DNA from: Ginkgo biloba
Lineage: Eukaryota > Plantae > Ginkgophyta
Direction: 5' to 3'
DNA length: 21,806 nucleotides
NCBI GenBank assembly: GCA_024626585.2
Contig: JANKJI020000004.1
Coordinates: forward strand, 30,540,638 to 30,562,443
The notes below the pieces were generated by a model, which was given only the letters and a program-made list of their open reading frames with translations, made no database searches and was not told the DNA's origin. Shown here piece after piece: positions 11,648-21,806 of the stretch (its first letter is position 1; each line of letters begins with the position of its first letter). The position numbers and the translations under genes are program-made.

Positions 11648-12671
11648 CCTTGTAAGATTGGTGGTGTGGTTAACTGCTTCTTTAACTAATTAAAGGCTGT
11701 GTCGCACTGATCCATCAATTCCAACTAAATATATTTGGCCAACAACTTATTCAAAGGTGCTGTAATCTGGCTGAAATTCTCGATGAAGCGTCTGTAGAAC
11801 CCTACTTTGCCTAAGAAGCTCTGAACATATTTATGTTTCTGAGGGGTTGGAATGGACAAAATTGTTTGAACTTTAGCTGGATCCATCTCAATTCCTTTTG
11901 TCAAAATGTAATGTCCCAAGATGATCCCTTCAGTTACCAACATCTTTCTCTTTTCATCACTCAGGGCCAACTGACACTGTTGGCACCTCTCCAAAGTCTT
12001 TTCGAGGTTTCTCACTACCTCTTCGAATGTGTTAGCAGTCACTGTGAAGTCATCCATGAATACCTTGATGAAGTCAGAAAAGATACTAATAATCGCCCAT
12101 TGAAAAGTTGTTGGGGCATTGTACAGACCAAAAGGAAGCACTCGATAGGCGAAAGTTTTCCACGGGCACGTGAATGTTGTTTTGTCTTGATACTCTGTTG
12201 TAATCTGTATTTGATTATATCCTGAAAAACTATCGAGGAAAGAAAAATATTTCTTACCAGCTAGCCGATCCAAAACTTGGTCAATGAAAGGTAATGGGAA
12301 ATGATCCTTTCTCATAGCACCATTCAGGGATCAATAATTGACACAGATTCTCCACTTTCCATTCTTCTTTGGTACCACCACCAATGGGGATACCCACTAA
12401 CTGTTAGAGATGGGGTAAATAAAATTTGCATCTAATAACTTTTCCAGCTCCTCTTTCACAATTTGAGTCTTTACGGGGCTCAATCACCTCTGGGGTTGTC
12501 GCACTGGGAGAGAATCTTCCTTAATGTAAATATTATGGCGGTAGAAACTTGATGGTACCCCTTTTAGGTCCTTAAGCTCGAGCTGAACACTGCTTTGTGC
12601 TTCCTCAACATTTATGTTGCTTGTTGAACCTGTCTTTCATCCAACTGGTACCTAATCAATACTGATTTACC
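11648..12671 (-). pseudogene. Athila-like Ty3/gypsy reverse transcriptase remnant (second, better-preserved element)
   Basis: ORF 11725-12315 has KDHFPLPFIDQVLDRLAG..YFSFLD..SGYNQI, PFGL.NAP.TFQ, VFMDDF and SFLG.VGFYRRFI. Upstream are VKEELEKLLDA.FIYPIS and WVSPLVVVPKKNGKWRICV, and downstream LKKQLTTPPILQG. Stops are present. Confidence 0.93.
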
Positions 12672-14365
12672 NNNNNNNNNNNNNNNNNNNNNNNNNNNNN
12701 NNNNNNNNNNNNNNNNNNNNNNNNNNNNNNNNNNNNNNNNNNNNNNNNNNNNNNNNNNNNNNNNNNNNNNNATTATAATTCTAGTGTATAATATTACCAT
12801 AGTTTAACACTTGGAGTATTATTTATCCTTACCTAAATTATGCAATATTGCTAATTTGTAAATAATTTCTCAACAAAGCCACATTGTTTATAGTGAGTTC
12901 CATTATTTCTTGGCTTGAATACTTTTTTCCATAACTTTGTGAAATAATTTAGAATCAAGCACAACATTCATCTATACCTCTAGGATTTGAATTGACTAAG
13001 AATATCTTACTAACTCCTATAATTCTTCTCATATAAAAAATCTTGTTTGTTGAGAGGATTACACGGAACTTTAGTTATTTACTTTAGGCTAAATAGGGTA
13101 TTTCTTTACTTGATTTTATTTTGTTGATTTATATCCTTACTAATAGGACCCTTTGAATTTATATAACTCTTACATTTATGTTTATTTCATAGCACTCCTC
13201 ATTCTATATAAAATGCACCCTAATTAATGGAAGTAACTCTAGTAAAAGGAATGGGGTATTTATATAGTAACATAACCTTGTTTTATATTGTTTTCTATAT
13301 TTTTACTAAATTGACGATATAATTCATTCTACAAATCACAAAACCTTTTTATCTATAAGGCAAGTACTTACCCCCTACTAAGCATTCATTTGTTATCTTG
13401 CATTTCTATGGCAATAATTGTATAATATATTATTATTATGTTATGTGGACCTTTATTCCATGTTGTAATTTTGGAATTAAGATAGTTGTTTTCTTTGAAT
13501 AACCTCTTATTTCTTAGGTTTTGTCTTTTCATTTAAGTCAGTATGTAATTTCCTTCATTACAACATCAAAAATAATTAATTGCTTAATTTATTTACCAAC
13601 TAGAAGTCATGACAACTCTTATAACCCCACCTACCTTACTAATTAGGTTCATTAAAAAAGCTAAGGGAGGGGAAAACCCATAGCATGGAACCTTCAAGTC
13701 AACAATCAATAGGGCAAGGGAATCAATTCCATTTTTTAATAGTTTAAATTCCAAACCCTGACATCTTTGGTTGGTTGGGAGTGAAATAGTGGCAAGAGGT
13801 AGGACAAGGTGAGACTCAAATGGGATTTGGGCTAAGAAAGAAGGCATGTGATATTCATGTATTGAGATCTGTAATACAAGAAGTGGCCTTCCGACAAGAG
13901 GGTTCTCCAAAAGGATTTGGGGTAACCTTAAGTGAAAGAATGATTTGATGATGGTTATATCCTGCTTGAGTTTCCAATGAGGGGTTTTACAATCATCATC
14001 AAACAATTTGTTCATAGGAGCGATGTCCAGGGGCAGTATAGTAGACGATATACATAAAGGAGTCTTTTACAACTTCCCAAACAATGTAAGGAAGTCGACC
14101 TTATGAGTAGCAAAGGGTAGTGAGGAGAATTCTCGAAGGAATTAGCATATTTGTTACTTGTAATAGAAGTCATGAGAGTGATCCAAGTCAATGGTAACAC
14201 ATAGTGGTTGTCTCTATAGCATAAATGTGGGGTTTGGAGTAAAACTTGCAAGTGCCAAAGATATGCAAGCATTGGATATGCAATCCATGAGAGGAAGGTT
14301 GGTGAGAACAATATTGACATCTCTAGATCCTCATTTTTGTGGGTAGCAGGTCAATGCATCAGATC

Positions 14366-14565
14366 TGTAATAGTCCCGCCTTCTAAACAAACATGCGAAA
14401 CAATTAAAATATGCTACATAAATAATAATCAAAGTACAAATGCATAATAAATATTCATTCGTGTCAATTAATAAGTAATGCACATACAAGTGTAAATACA
14501 CGATAGACCTAAAAGGTACACTATTAGGGGCAAGGTAGATTGGGCAACTAGATTAGCATCCACTA
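14366..14565 (-). mobile_element. Terminal fragment of a further LTR of the chromovirus family (runs into a gap)
   Basis: Starts tgtaatagtcccgccttctaaa...aaaatatgcta, matching the starts of LTR B (3999) and LTR C (19716). Confidence 0.55.
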
Positions 14566-15805
14566 NNNNNNNNNNNNNNNNNNNNNNNNNNNNNNNNNNN
14601 NNNNNNNNNNNNNNNNNNNNNNNNNNNNNNNNNNNNNNNNNNNNNNNNNNNNNNNNNNNNNNNNNCTCTCTCTTTATGTATTAGGTATGACAAGGGCTTT
14701 CCCTACAGATGGTTGTTTCTGCATGTAAGTGGGCTTTACATCCCTGCCTCCATCTTTTGCAAAGACTTAAAGACAACGCCAATCCTAACTGGTGTGAAGG
14801 AAAATGTAGTAAGTATAGATTAATAGCAAGTTTGCACTTCTTTCTGAATATGGATGGAGTGCCAGAAACGATTGATGACTATAGGTCCTGTAAGCATTCC
14901 AGAGTGCATCCCAGTGTGAGGACAAGCACCAAGAGTCGTGGGTACATTCTGAAGTGTAAAGGTGACCCATGAGTAGGAAAGGTACTGCATTTTGGAGTGT
15001 ACATTTGAATATGGAGATAGGTAATGTTGCACGGACGGATAATATCATTCAAATAGGAGAGTAATTAATGTAAATTTTCACATAAGGATCATGTCTGTTC
15101 TGACAAGCACCTTTTGGTAGAAATGTTGTAGAATGTTTTTATATATTCTAGTGTCTAATAGACAGAAGGTAGATTCAATGGCCTCCATGCTTTATCTTCT
15201 AAAATGTTCTTGTTGTGTGTCTCTCCCCTATTTCTAATATTCATGGCCACATATGTGTTATCCTATGAATCATCGTTCCATCTGATTCTTCTACAAGTCA
15301 AACCAAGGCACAATCACTATATAGTCTCCCGAAGGAACACTAACTTCATTAGTTGATGTCGTCTCTGTCCTTGAATTATGTCTCAAACAGAAGGAACATA
15401 AAATCAACTGAATTATTTAACAAAACATAACATTGAAGACTTGCGAATAATCTTCACAAATAAAAAATATTTGACACAAAAAAAAGACCATCACGTAATT
15501 ATAACGAATATAAAGACAAATGCTCTTGTTAGAATTAATATTCCGAAGAAGTCAATACTGCCAATTTGTACGGAGTTGATTAGTTGAAAGAATCAGAAAA
15601 AAGTAACCCTTTATAAAGTACTATGGCAAGTCCAATGCNNNNNNNNNNNNNNNNNNNNNNNNNNNNNNNNNNNNNNNNNNNNNNNNNNNNAATGCATATT
15701 CCTTAAAGCAAACATGAACTCAAAAGCACCTTAATGGCCTTATACATGAAGCACAGTACAAATAGATATATCGATGATTTGAACAGATCATGATCACAAA
15801 CATAC

Positions 15806-16035
15806 CTCACAAGTAACAAGCACTACTGTTGAATAAGGTTGTCGAAACCAGAATGGAGACTGTTCTTGTGGAAAACGGCTACGAAGTCGAGAATCTGTTG
15901 TTAAGATGAATTCTACTGGGAGTTTCTCCACATAAACAGGATTGCGGGCCTTATTGTTCAGACAAGCTTTTCTAAACGGCACACGTGCCTCAAATCCATC
16001 TTTGACTGTTGGCCACAGATCACTTACGTCTTCAA
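15806..16035 (-). CDS. TRS130: Internal coding exon (probably the 2nd coding exon) of trafficking protein particle complex II-specific subunit 130 (TRS130/TRAPPC10, Arabidopsis CLUB)
   Basis: Minus strand reads tgtatttgcag|TT GAA GAC...TGT GAG|gtatgt, with canonical AG acceptor (16036-16037) and GT donor (15804-15805). The 230 nt are 2 nt plus 76 codons: (V)EDVSDLWPTVKDGFEARVPFRKACLNNKARNPVYVEKLPVEFILTTDSRLRSRFPQEQSPFWFRQPYSTVVLVTCE. From memory this closely matches the plant TRS130 N-terminus (VEDV.DLWPTVK...NPVFVE.LPVEFILTTDARLRSRFPQEQ..FWFREPYAT.VLVTCE). No stops or frameshifts. Confidence 0.92.
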
Positions 16036-16599
16036 CTGCAAATACAGTTGTAAGGCCAAATGTTCAGATTAATTAGCATCTCCAATAAAAAAAACAAAGA
16101 AAATTAGAACATGAAACATTCTGATATTGCTTTAGGTTAACCAAAACTTGACAATTATCCATTGTTTAAAATAAACAATAACATATCAGAAAACATCAGA
16201 AGCTGGAGTATGTGAAATGCTCACTTCCCTTCTACCCAACGAACAAACTATCTAGTTGCAACACATAAATTAGACCTGATATTCTTATTTGCAATATCAG
16301 AGACCATAAAAAGGATTACAGGAGGACAATATTCCATAAATCTAAGTTATATTAAGGCTTGACTACCTCCCACTTTGTACTTAAGTTTCCAATCTGTATG
16401 CATATGTCATTATATGAAAAACCACTTCTCCATAGAGGGCATAACAATTCATCGGGATTCAGCATCCTGCTAGGAGTGAACAACGGAGTTGTATTCTCCA
16501 CCGCCATTTTAGTTTTCATCATTATCATCGAAAGACTCAAATGAAAGATGACACAAAGAATGTGTTTCTTCATAACAAAATGCTTCTTATGGATTGATT

Positions 16600-17050
16600 T
16601 CTCTTCCAATATTTTCTAGAATTATTTTCATTTAATTTCAATTTTTAATCCATGTTTGACATATGATAAATTTAAGATAATTATGTCCTATCTTTAGATA
16701 ATATGACAATATCCCATCTGAATTTCTAGCAGATTTTCTTGCATATTTTGAACTGAAGTCACAAAATTTAAGATTTACTGCTCCTCTATCAAATGCTATT
16801 ATGGAGGTTTTCTTTGAAACTAGCAAGATGTATCAATTCAATTCAAAAACTTACAAGAAACAACGGAGTAAGAGTAAATGAAAATGTAGACAAAAAACGA
16901 AGCTCAATCTAGGCAAGCTAATTAAGAATAAATTATTGAAGGATACCAATCGCTCTTCATCCTACGACCTTATAGTTTCTCAAGCTTCATAGATAGTTGG
17001 ATGCTTTAGCTTCATTTTGTGACAACCTAAGTTACCAGGATCCGCCCCCG
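16600..17050 (+). mobile_element. Possible hAT DNA transposon 3' remnant
   Basis: GC-rich ggatccgcccccg at 17038-17050 resembles the plant TIR CAGGGGCGGATCC in reverse complement. The frameshifted plus-strand reading KIYCS/PLSNAIME/FSLKLAR at about 16770-16830 resembles a hAT dimerization motif. No left TIR or TSD found. Confidence 0.3.
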
Positions 17051-17161
17051 GGGTCCCATATNNNNNNNNNNNNNNNNNNNNNNNNNNNNNNNNNNNNNNN
17101 NNNNNNNNNNNNNNNNNNNNNNNNNNNNNNNNNNNNNNNNNNNNNNNNNNNNNNNNNNNNN

Positions 17162-18150
17162 ACATGCAAATCTCTTAGACTTATTCAACAATTTGGTTAA
17201 AGAAGGTGCCAATTTTAAGAAGTTTAGCACAAATCTCTTATAAAAAATAGCCAAACCCAAAAATCTCCTCACCTCACTAACTAGAGTCTTCCACTATCGA
17301 ACCCCTTAGTCTTCTTAGGATCAATTGCAATGCCTTTCACCCATGGCAATGTGCTTCCTCTTCTTGGTAGAAGTTACACTTCAACAAAGTCTTTCCCTCC
17401 GAAGGACATCGAATATGACCCATAAGTGCTCTTGATGCTCTTCTTTATTCTTGTTAAACCTCATGATATCATCAAGGAAGACTAACAAACATTTTCCCCA
17501 TCTAGGGTTTGAGGAGATTACTCATCAATTTCATGAAAGTGGTTAGTGCATTTGTTAGTTGAAAGGGCATAACCAAGTACTTACAATGACCATCCCTAGT
17601 AGTGAATGTGGTCTTATCCACATCTTTTAGATGAATCCAAATCTAATGAGAGCCGCTTCAAAGCTAATCTTTGAAAACACCATGGCTCCCTTCATAGTGT
17701 CTAAAATATCATCAATTCTAGGAAGAGGATACTTGTCCTTTATGGTGACTTTATTTAAGACTCAATAGTCCACATGCACATCCTCATAGACCCATTCTTC
17801 TTGACTAACAAAATAGGCAAACCAAAAAGAGATTTTGAGGGTCAAATGAACCCTTTACTAAGCAATTCTTAAATCTACTTCTCCTCTTCCTTCTCAGCAT
17901 AACTGAGATGATAGCGCAAACAAATGGTTGGCTTTGATCCTTCATCAAGTTGCAAATGGTAGTACTCTCCAACTGTATAGGCAACCCTTTTGGTATCTCC
18001 TTGAGAAAAACAATTTTGCATATTCTTTCATCAAAGGCACCATCTCTTTTGGAAGATCTTTTGACGATTTCTCTTCATGCTTGCACCTCTCTCACAAATA
18101 ATCCATAAGCTTGGCTAGTTATCTTTCTACCCACCCAATGATTCAACTTT
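17162..18150 (-). pseudogene. Decayed RT of chromovirus-type element C
   Basis: Minus strand gives [64 protein letters not shown] (about 17465-17482) and VRRFLGLAIFYKRFV. Nucleotide similarity to 3188-3620 indicates the same family. Confidence 0.9.
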
Positions 18151-18358
18151 TGACACATGGATTATTTTGTTTGTTTCACTCTTGATTGGAGAAGGATCCT
18201 GGTGATTTTATTTCCAGTACTTGGTATAAAACAACCTATATTAAGAATCAGTTATGTGTAGTTGATTCTTTCTCTCGTGTACTTATGCATTATAATGGAT
18301 TCTTGTAAAGAAATTGCCATAGAGCAGATTTCATAAAACATAATTCAACCTTAATGGT

Positions 18359-18405
<47 letters not shown>
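18359..18405. repeat. Compound microsatellite (TC)13(AC)10
   Basis: Directly visible. Confidence 0.95.
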
Positions 18406-19448
18406 TGCGCGCATCATTTGGCTTTGAGGGCCCTCTTAGGTTTCTCTCCCACATAGTTGGGAGATANNNNNNNNNNNNNNNNNNNNNNNNNNNNNNNNNN
18501 NNNNNNNNNNNNNNNNNNNNNNNNNNNNNNNNNNNNNNNNNNNNNNNNNNNNNNNNNNNNNNNNNNNNNNNNNNNNNNNNNNNNNNNNNNNNNNNNNNNN
18601 NNNNNNNNNNNNNNNNNNNNNNNNNNNNNNNNNNNNNNNNNNNNNNNNNNNNNNNNNNNNNNNNNNNNNNNNNNNNNNNNNNNNNNNNNNNNNNNNNNNN
18701 NNNNNNNNNNNNNNNNNNNNNNNNNNNNNNNNNNNNNNNNNNNNNNNNNNNNNNNNNNNNNNNNNNNNNNNNNNNNNNNNNNNNNNNNNNNNNNNNNNNN
18801 NNNNNNNNNNNNNNNNNNNNNNNNNNNNNNNNNNNNNNNNNNNNNNNNNNNNNNNNNNNNNNNNNNNNNNNNNNNNNNNNNNNNNNNNNNNNNNNNNNNN
18901 NNNNNNNNNNNNNNNNNNNNNNNNNNNNNNNNNNNNNNNNNNNNNNNNNNNNNNNNNNNNNNNNNNNNNNNNNNNNNNNNNNNNNNNNNNNNNNNNNNNN
19001 NNNNNNNNNNNNNNNNNNNNNNNNNNNNNNNNNNNNNNNNNNNNNNNNNNNNNNNNNNNNNNNNNNNNNNNNNNNNNNNNNNNNNNNNNNNNNNNNNNNN
19101 NNNNNNNNNNNNNNNNNNNNNNNNNNNNNNNNNNNNNNNNNNNNNNNNNNNNNNNNNNNNNNNNNNNNNNNNNNNNNNNNNNNNNNNNNNNNNNNNNNNN
19201 NNNNNNNNNNNNNNNNNNNNNNNNNNNNNNNNNNNNNNNNNNNNNNNNNNNNNNNNNNNNNNNNNNNNNNNNNNNNNNNNNNNNNNNNNNNNNNNNNNNN
19301 NNNNNNNNNNNNNNNNNNNNNNNNNNNNNNNNNNNNNNNNNNNNNNNNNNNNNNNNNNNNNNNNNNNNNNNNNNNNNNNNNNNNNNNNNNNNNNNNNNNN
19401 NNNNNNNNNNNNNNNNNNNNNNNNNNNNNNNNNNNNNNNNNNNNNNNN

Positions 19449-19701
19449 TGCCTCTCTTTCCTATAAATCTTTTGATTCACTCTAAATCTCTTCTTTAGAA
19501 AATTCGGTTGGTGATTCTTTTTCTTCCATTAGAGGATCTTCTACCAGTTCCATTTCCATCCTCTCCCTTCTATATTTGTGGTTAAGGCTTGGATTCTTTG
19601 GTTTATGTCATTGTTCTTTCAATTTCTTCATTATCTCCTCCATGCTTGCCAACTTCTTCAAAACCTTATATTACATCCTTGGAATCTTTCTATCTCCCCT
19701 A
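19449..19701 (-). pseudogene. Probable decayed gag N-terminus/leader of element C
   Basis: Lies directly downstream of the PBS. Purine-rich reading such as KKLASMEEIMKKLKE, with stops. No diagnostic motif. Confidence 0.4.
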
Positions 19702-19714
19702 GGCTTTGATACCA
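19702..19714 (-). promoter_or_regulatory. tRNA-iMet primer binding site of element C
   Basis: Reverse complement TGGTATCAAAGCC (canonical TGGTATCAGAGCC), 1 nt from the LTR terminus at 19716. Confidence 0.8.
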
Positions 19715-19715
19715 T

Positions 19716-21466
19716 TGTAATAGCCTGCCTCTAAACCTAGTCAAAATGCTCCAATTGAAAATGTTGAAGATGTCTATGGAGGAAAATGCCTTATTCCCAG
19801 GGCTGAAACTAAAGCACTCTACAAATTAGCCTTCTACCAAGTCAAAAACTCCATCCAAGGTGCCATACAACCCTCTCAAATGCCTGCATTGCCTTTTGGG
19901 GGCCTTCTAGAGCTAAAGATGATGAATATGGCCTAAAATACCTCTACAAGGTGAGACGTCACCCTTAGGAAGCAATGCCCAACAGCAAAGATGCAAAAAA
20001 GAAATTACATGAGACGTTAACTTCCCAACCCCAAAATCACTCAGCCATGCAGAAAATATCAGCCTCTATCAAAGCTCCCAACCATGCAGCATGAATAATA
20101 CAACCAAAGGTGAAAGTGTTAGTGCCCTAAGCCAGAAGATCATAATGTATGCCAAAAAGTTGCCCAAGTCCTTGCAACTTCTAAATTTATAAAGAATTTA
20201 GGTTGAAAACCTCCATAGAATTGTTGGGTTTGCACTAGTGATGCCCTAACATTAAACGTTCTTTTAATTTCTTGCAAAAACAACCTCATGAAACATGCAT
20301 TAATAATAAAAAACGCAATACTAAGTGAGGAAACTTCAATCAAGTAAATAGAAAGAAAAATTGCCATACTTAAATGCGCACTAACTATACACACAACAAC
20401 AGTATATAATTTNNNNNNNNNNNNNNNNNNNNNNNNNNNNNNNNNNNNNNNNNNNNNNNNNNNNNNNNNNNNNNTTAGAAGAAAAGAAACATCTTGCAGC
20501 TAGAGCTCCAAACACCCTTCGTTGGCCATGAGGACTGCCTATGGGGATTGAACAGAGCGGGTAGCCAAACCTCCATGCATAAATGAAACCATCATCCCCT
20601 ATTGGCTATTAGAGATCCATTGGAGTCCAACCCTCAACCCCACTCGATCAAGGATACCAAGTGCGAACTATTTTGGCCTCTTTGGCATCAGGATAGCCTC
20701 TCAATTAAGAAACCTATCCATTCTATATTAATTGTTTTGTGGTTCTCAACTAAAACCCTAAGACTACACCAAAAGCCTTCAACCAAAAACCCTAAGAGTT
20801 ATCGTGGTTGCACCAACAAACCATGAAAGCGTGACTACAATAACCATCCTCCAATGACTACACCAATAGCCATTGATCTTATAACAACACCCAAAGCCAC
20901 AGCAAGTAGAAGAGAGCATAGACATCCATCTAACTATAGTTGGCAAATAGCCACTATTAGTATGTCCAAACACATCCATGAAAGGACAAAACAGTGCCTC
21001 AAAGAGATGTGCCTTAGACCAAGGCTTCTAAAAATCCCCCAAAAGGTCTCAGTCTAGAGCTTAATTGCCCTAGGTCAAGTCACTAGGGTTTCGGTAATAG
21101 AAGTAGGGAGTAAATTTCAGATTTCAAAACAACAAGCATGCTAAAATTAAATCACAATATTGTGTCACTATAGTAACCAAACAAATAACAAAACCCTTAT
21201 GACTAAGGGCACCCTACTTCTAGGTTTCTAATCCACCCTTTTACCGAGCTTAGAACCCTACAAACAAAGAGTACTAAATAGAAATGTAGATATGTTCTAT
21301 TCCTGTAGAAAATAACCCATACAAACACTCTGGCATAATAAATAAAAGAGAGTTGTGCAAGAATTATTTATAGAGAAGTAAGTTTACTCGAACAAACTAA
21401 TAGAGGGTACCTTCTAGAATGCAAGGAAGTTATAAGACATTAAAATTTGTGTCTCCCAAGTGCAAC
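19716..21466 (-). mobile_element. 5' LTR (copy C) of the chromovirus-type family; outer boundary uncertain
   Basis: Starts tgtaatagcctgcctctaaa next to the PBS. Shares gggtagccaaacctc (about 20559), cctctttggca (about 20677) and caccctact (about 21210) with LTRs A and/or B, but is more divergent. Confidence 0.65.
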
Positions 21467-21806
21467 NNNNNNNNNNNNNNNNNNNNNNNNNNNNNNNNNN
21501 NNNNNNNNNNNNNNNNNNNNNNNNNNNNNNNNNNNNNNNNNNNNNNNNNNNNNNNNCTCCTTGAGCAATGAAATCAACTTATGAAGTCCAATCAAGTCGA
21601 CCTCTAGCAGAGAAGAGATGTGAACAATTGCAGTAGGCAAAATAGCAACAGAAAGGTCATATGATGAAAGTCCTTCGACTCTCACTATGAAAGAAATCAA
21701 CAATGCCAAGTTGTCACGATTCTAATGAGAGAGAAGAAATCAACCTTAGTGTAGAAAGTACTCCAAAGAAACAAGAAGCCTTGGCAGAAGAATATCTTGA
21801 CAATCT

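Noticed and set aside
13593-15110. Minus-strand ORFs of 70-140 aa, possibly LINE debris
   Set aside because: No recognisable motif and no match to TRS130 exons. Cannot be assigned.
18354-19485. Long ORFs of 342-370 aa, and other X-filled ORFs in the track
   Set aside because: Artefacts of N runs lacking stop codons.
21557-21806. aagttgtcacg (about 21708-21718) as the outer end of LTR C, or a LINE-like fragment
   Set aside because: Only a short match to the LTR B end, with dissimilar surroundings and a gap in between. Neither call is supportable.
1-21806. A novel RT-based or prokaryote-type system (retron, DGR, CRISPR)
   Set aside because: All RT pieces carry Ty3/gypsy signatures, several with LTR, PBS or PPT context, and are pseudogenised. 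There are no operons or spacer arrays.

Overview
This is eukaryotic plant nuclear DNA from a gappy draft assembly. The large TE-filled introns suggest a large-genome lineage such as a gymnosperm (inference only). The only intact host coding feature I recognise is a 230-nt internal exon on the minus strand (15806-16035). It encodes part of the N-terminus of TRAPP II subunit TRS130/TRAPPC10 (Arabidopsis CLUB) and has canonical AG/GT splice sites. No neighbouring exon is visible, so the rest is most simply intron: more than 15.8 kb downstream and more than 5.7 kb upstream. These introns hold decayed, nested LTR retrotransposons. One chromovirus-type Ty3/gypsy family contributes four related LTR copies plus PBS, PPT, protease, RT and integrase/chromodomain remnants. 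There are also two Athila/Tat-like pol remnants and a short-LTR element at the left edge. Weaker signals suggest a hAT remnant and LINE-like debris. I found no confidently novel biological system. The most notable patterns are that all orientable LTR elements lie in the host gene's sense orientation, that one family recurs, that an RNase H domain carries an old tandem duplication, and that one RT is fused to an unexplained ORF-like segment.
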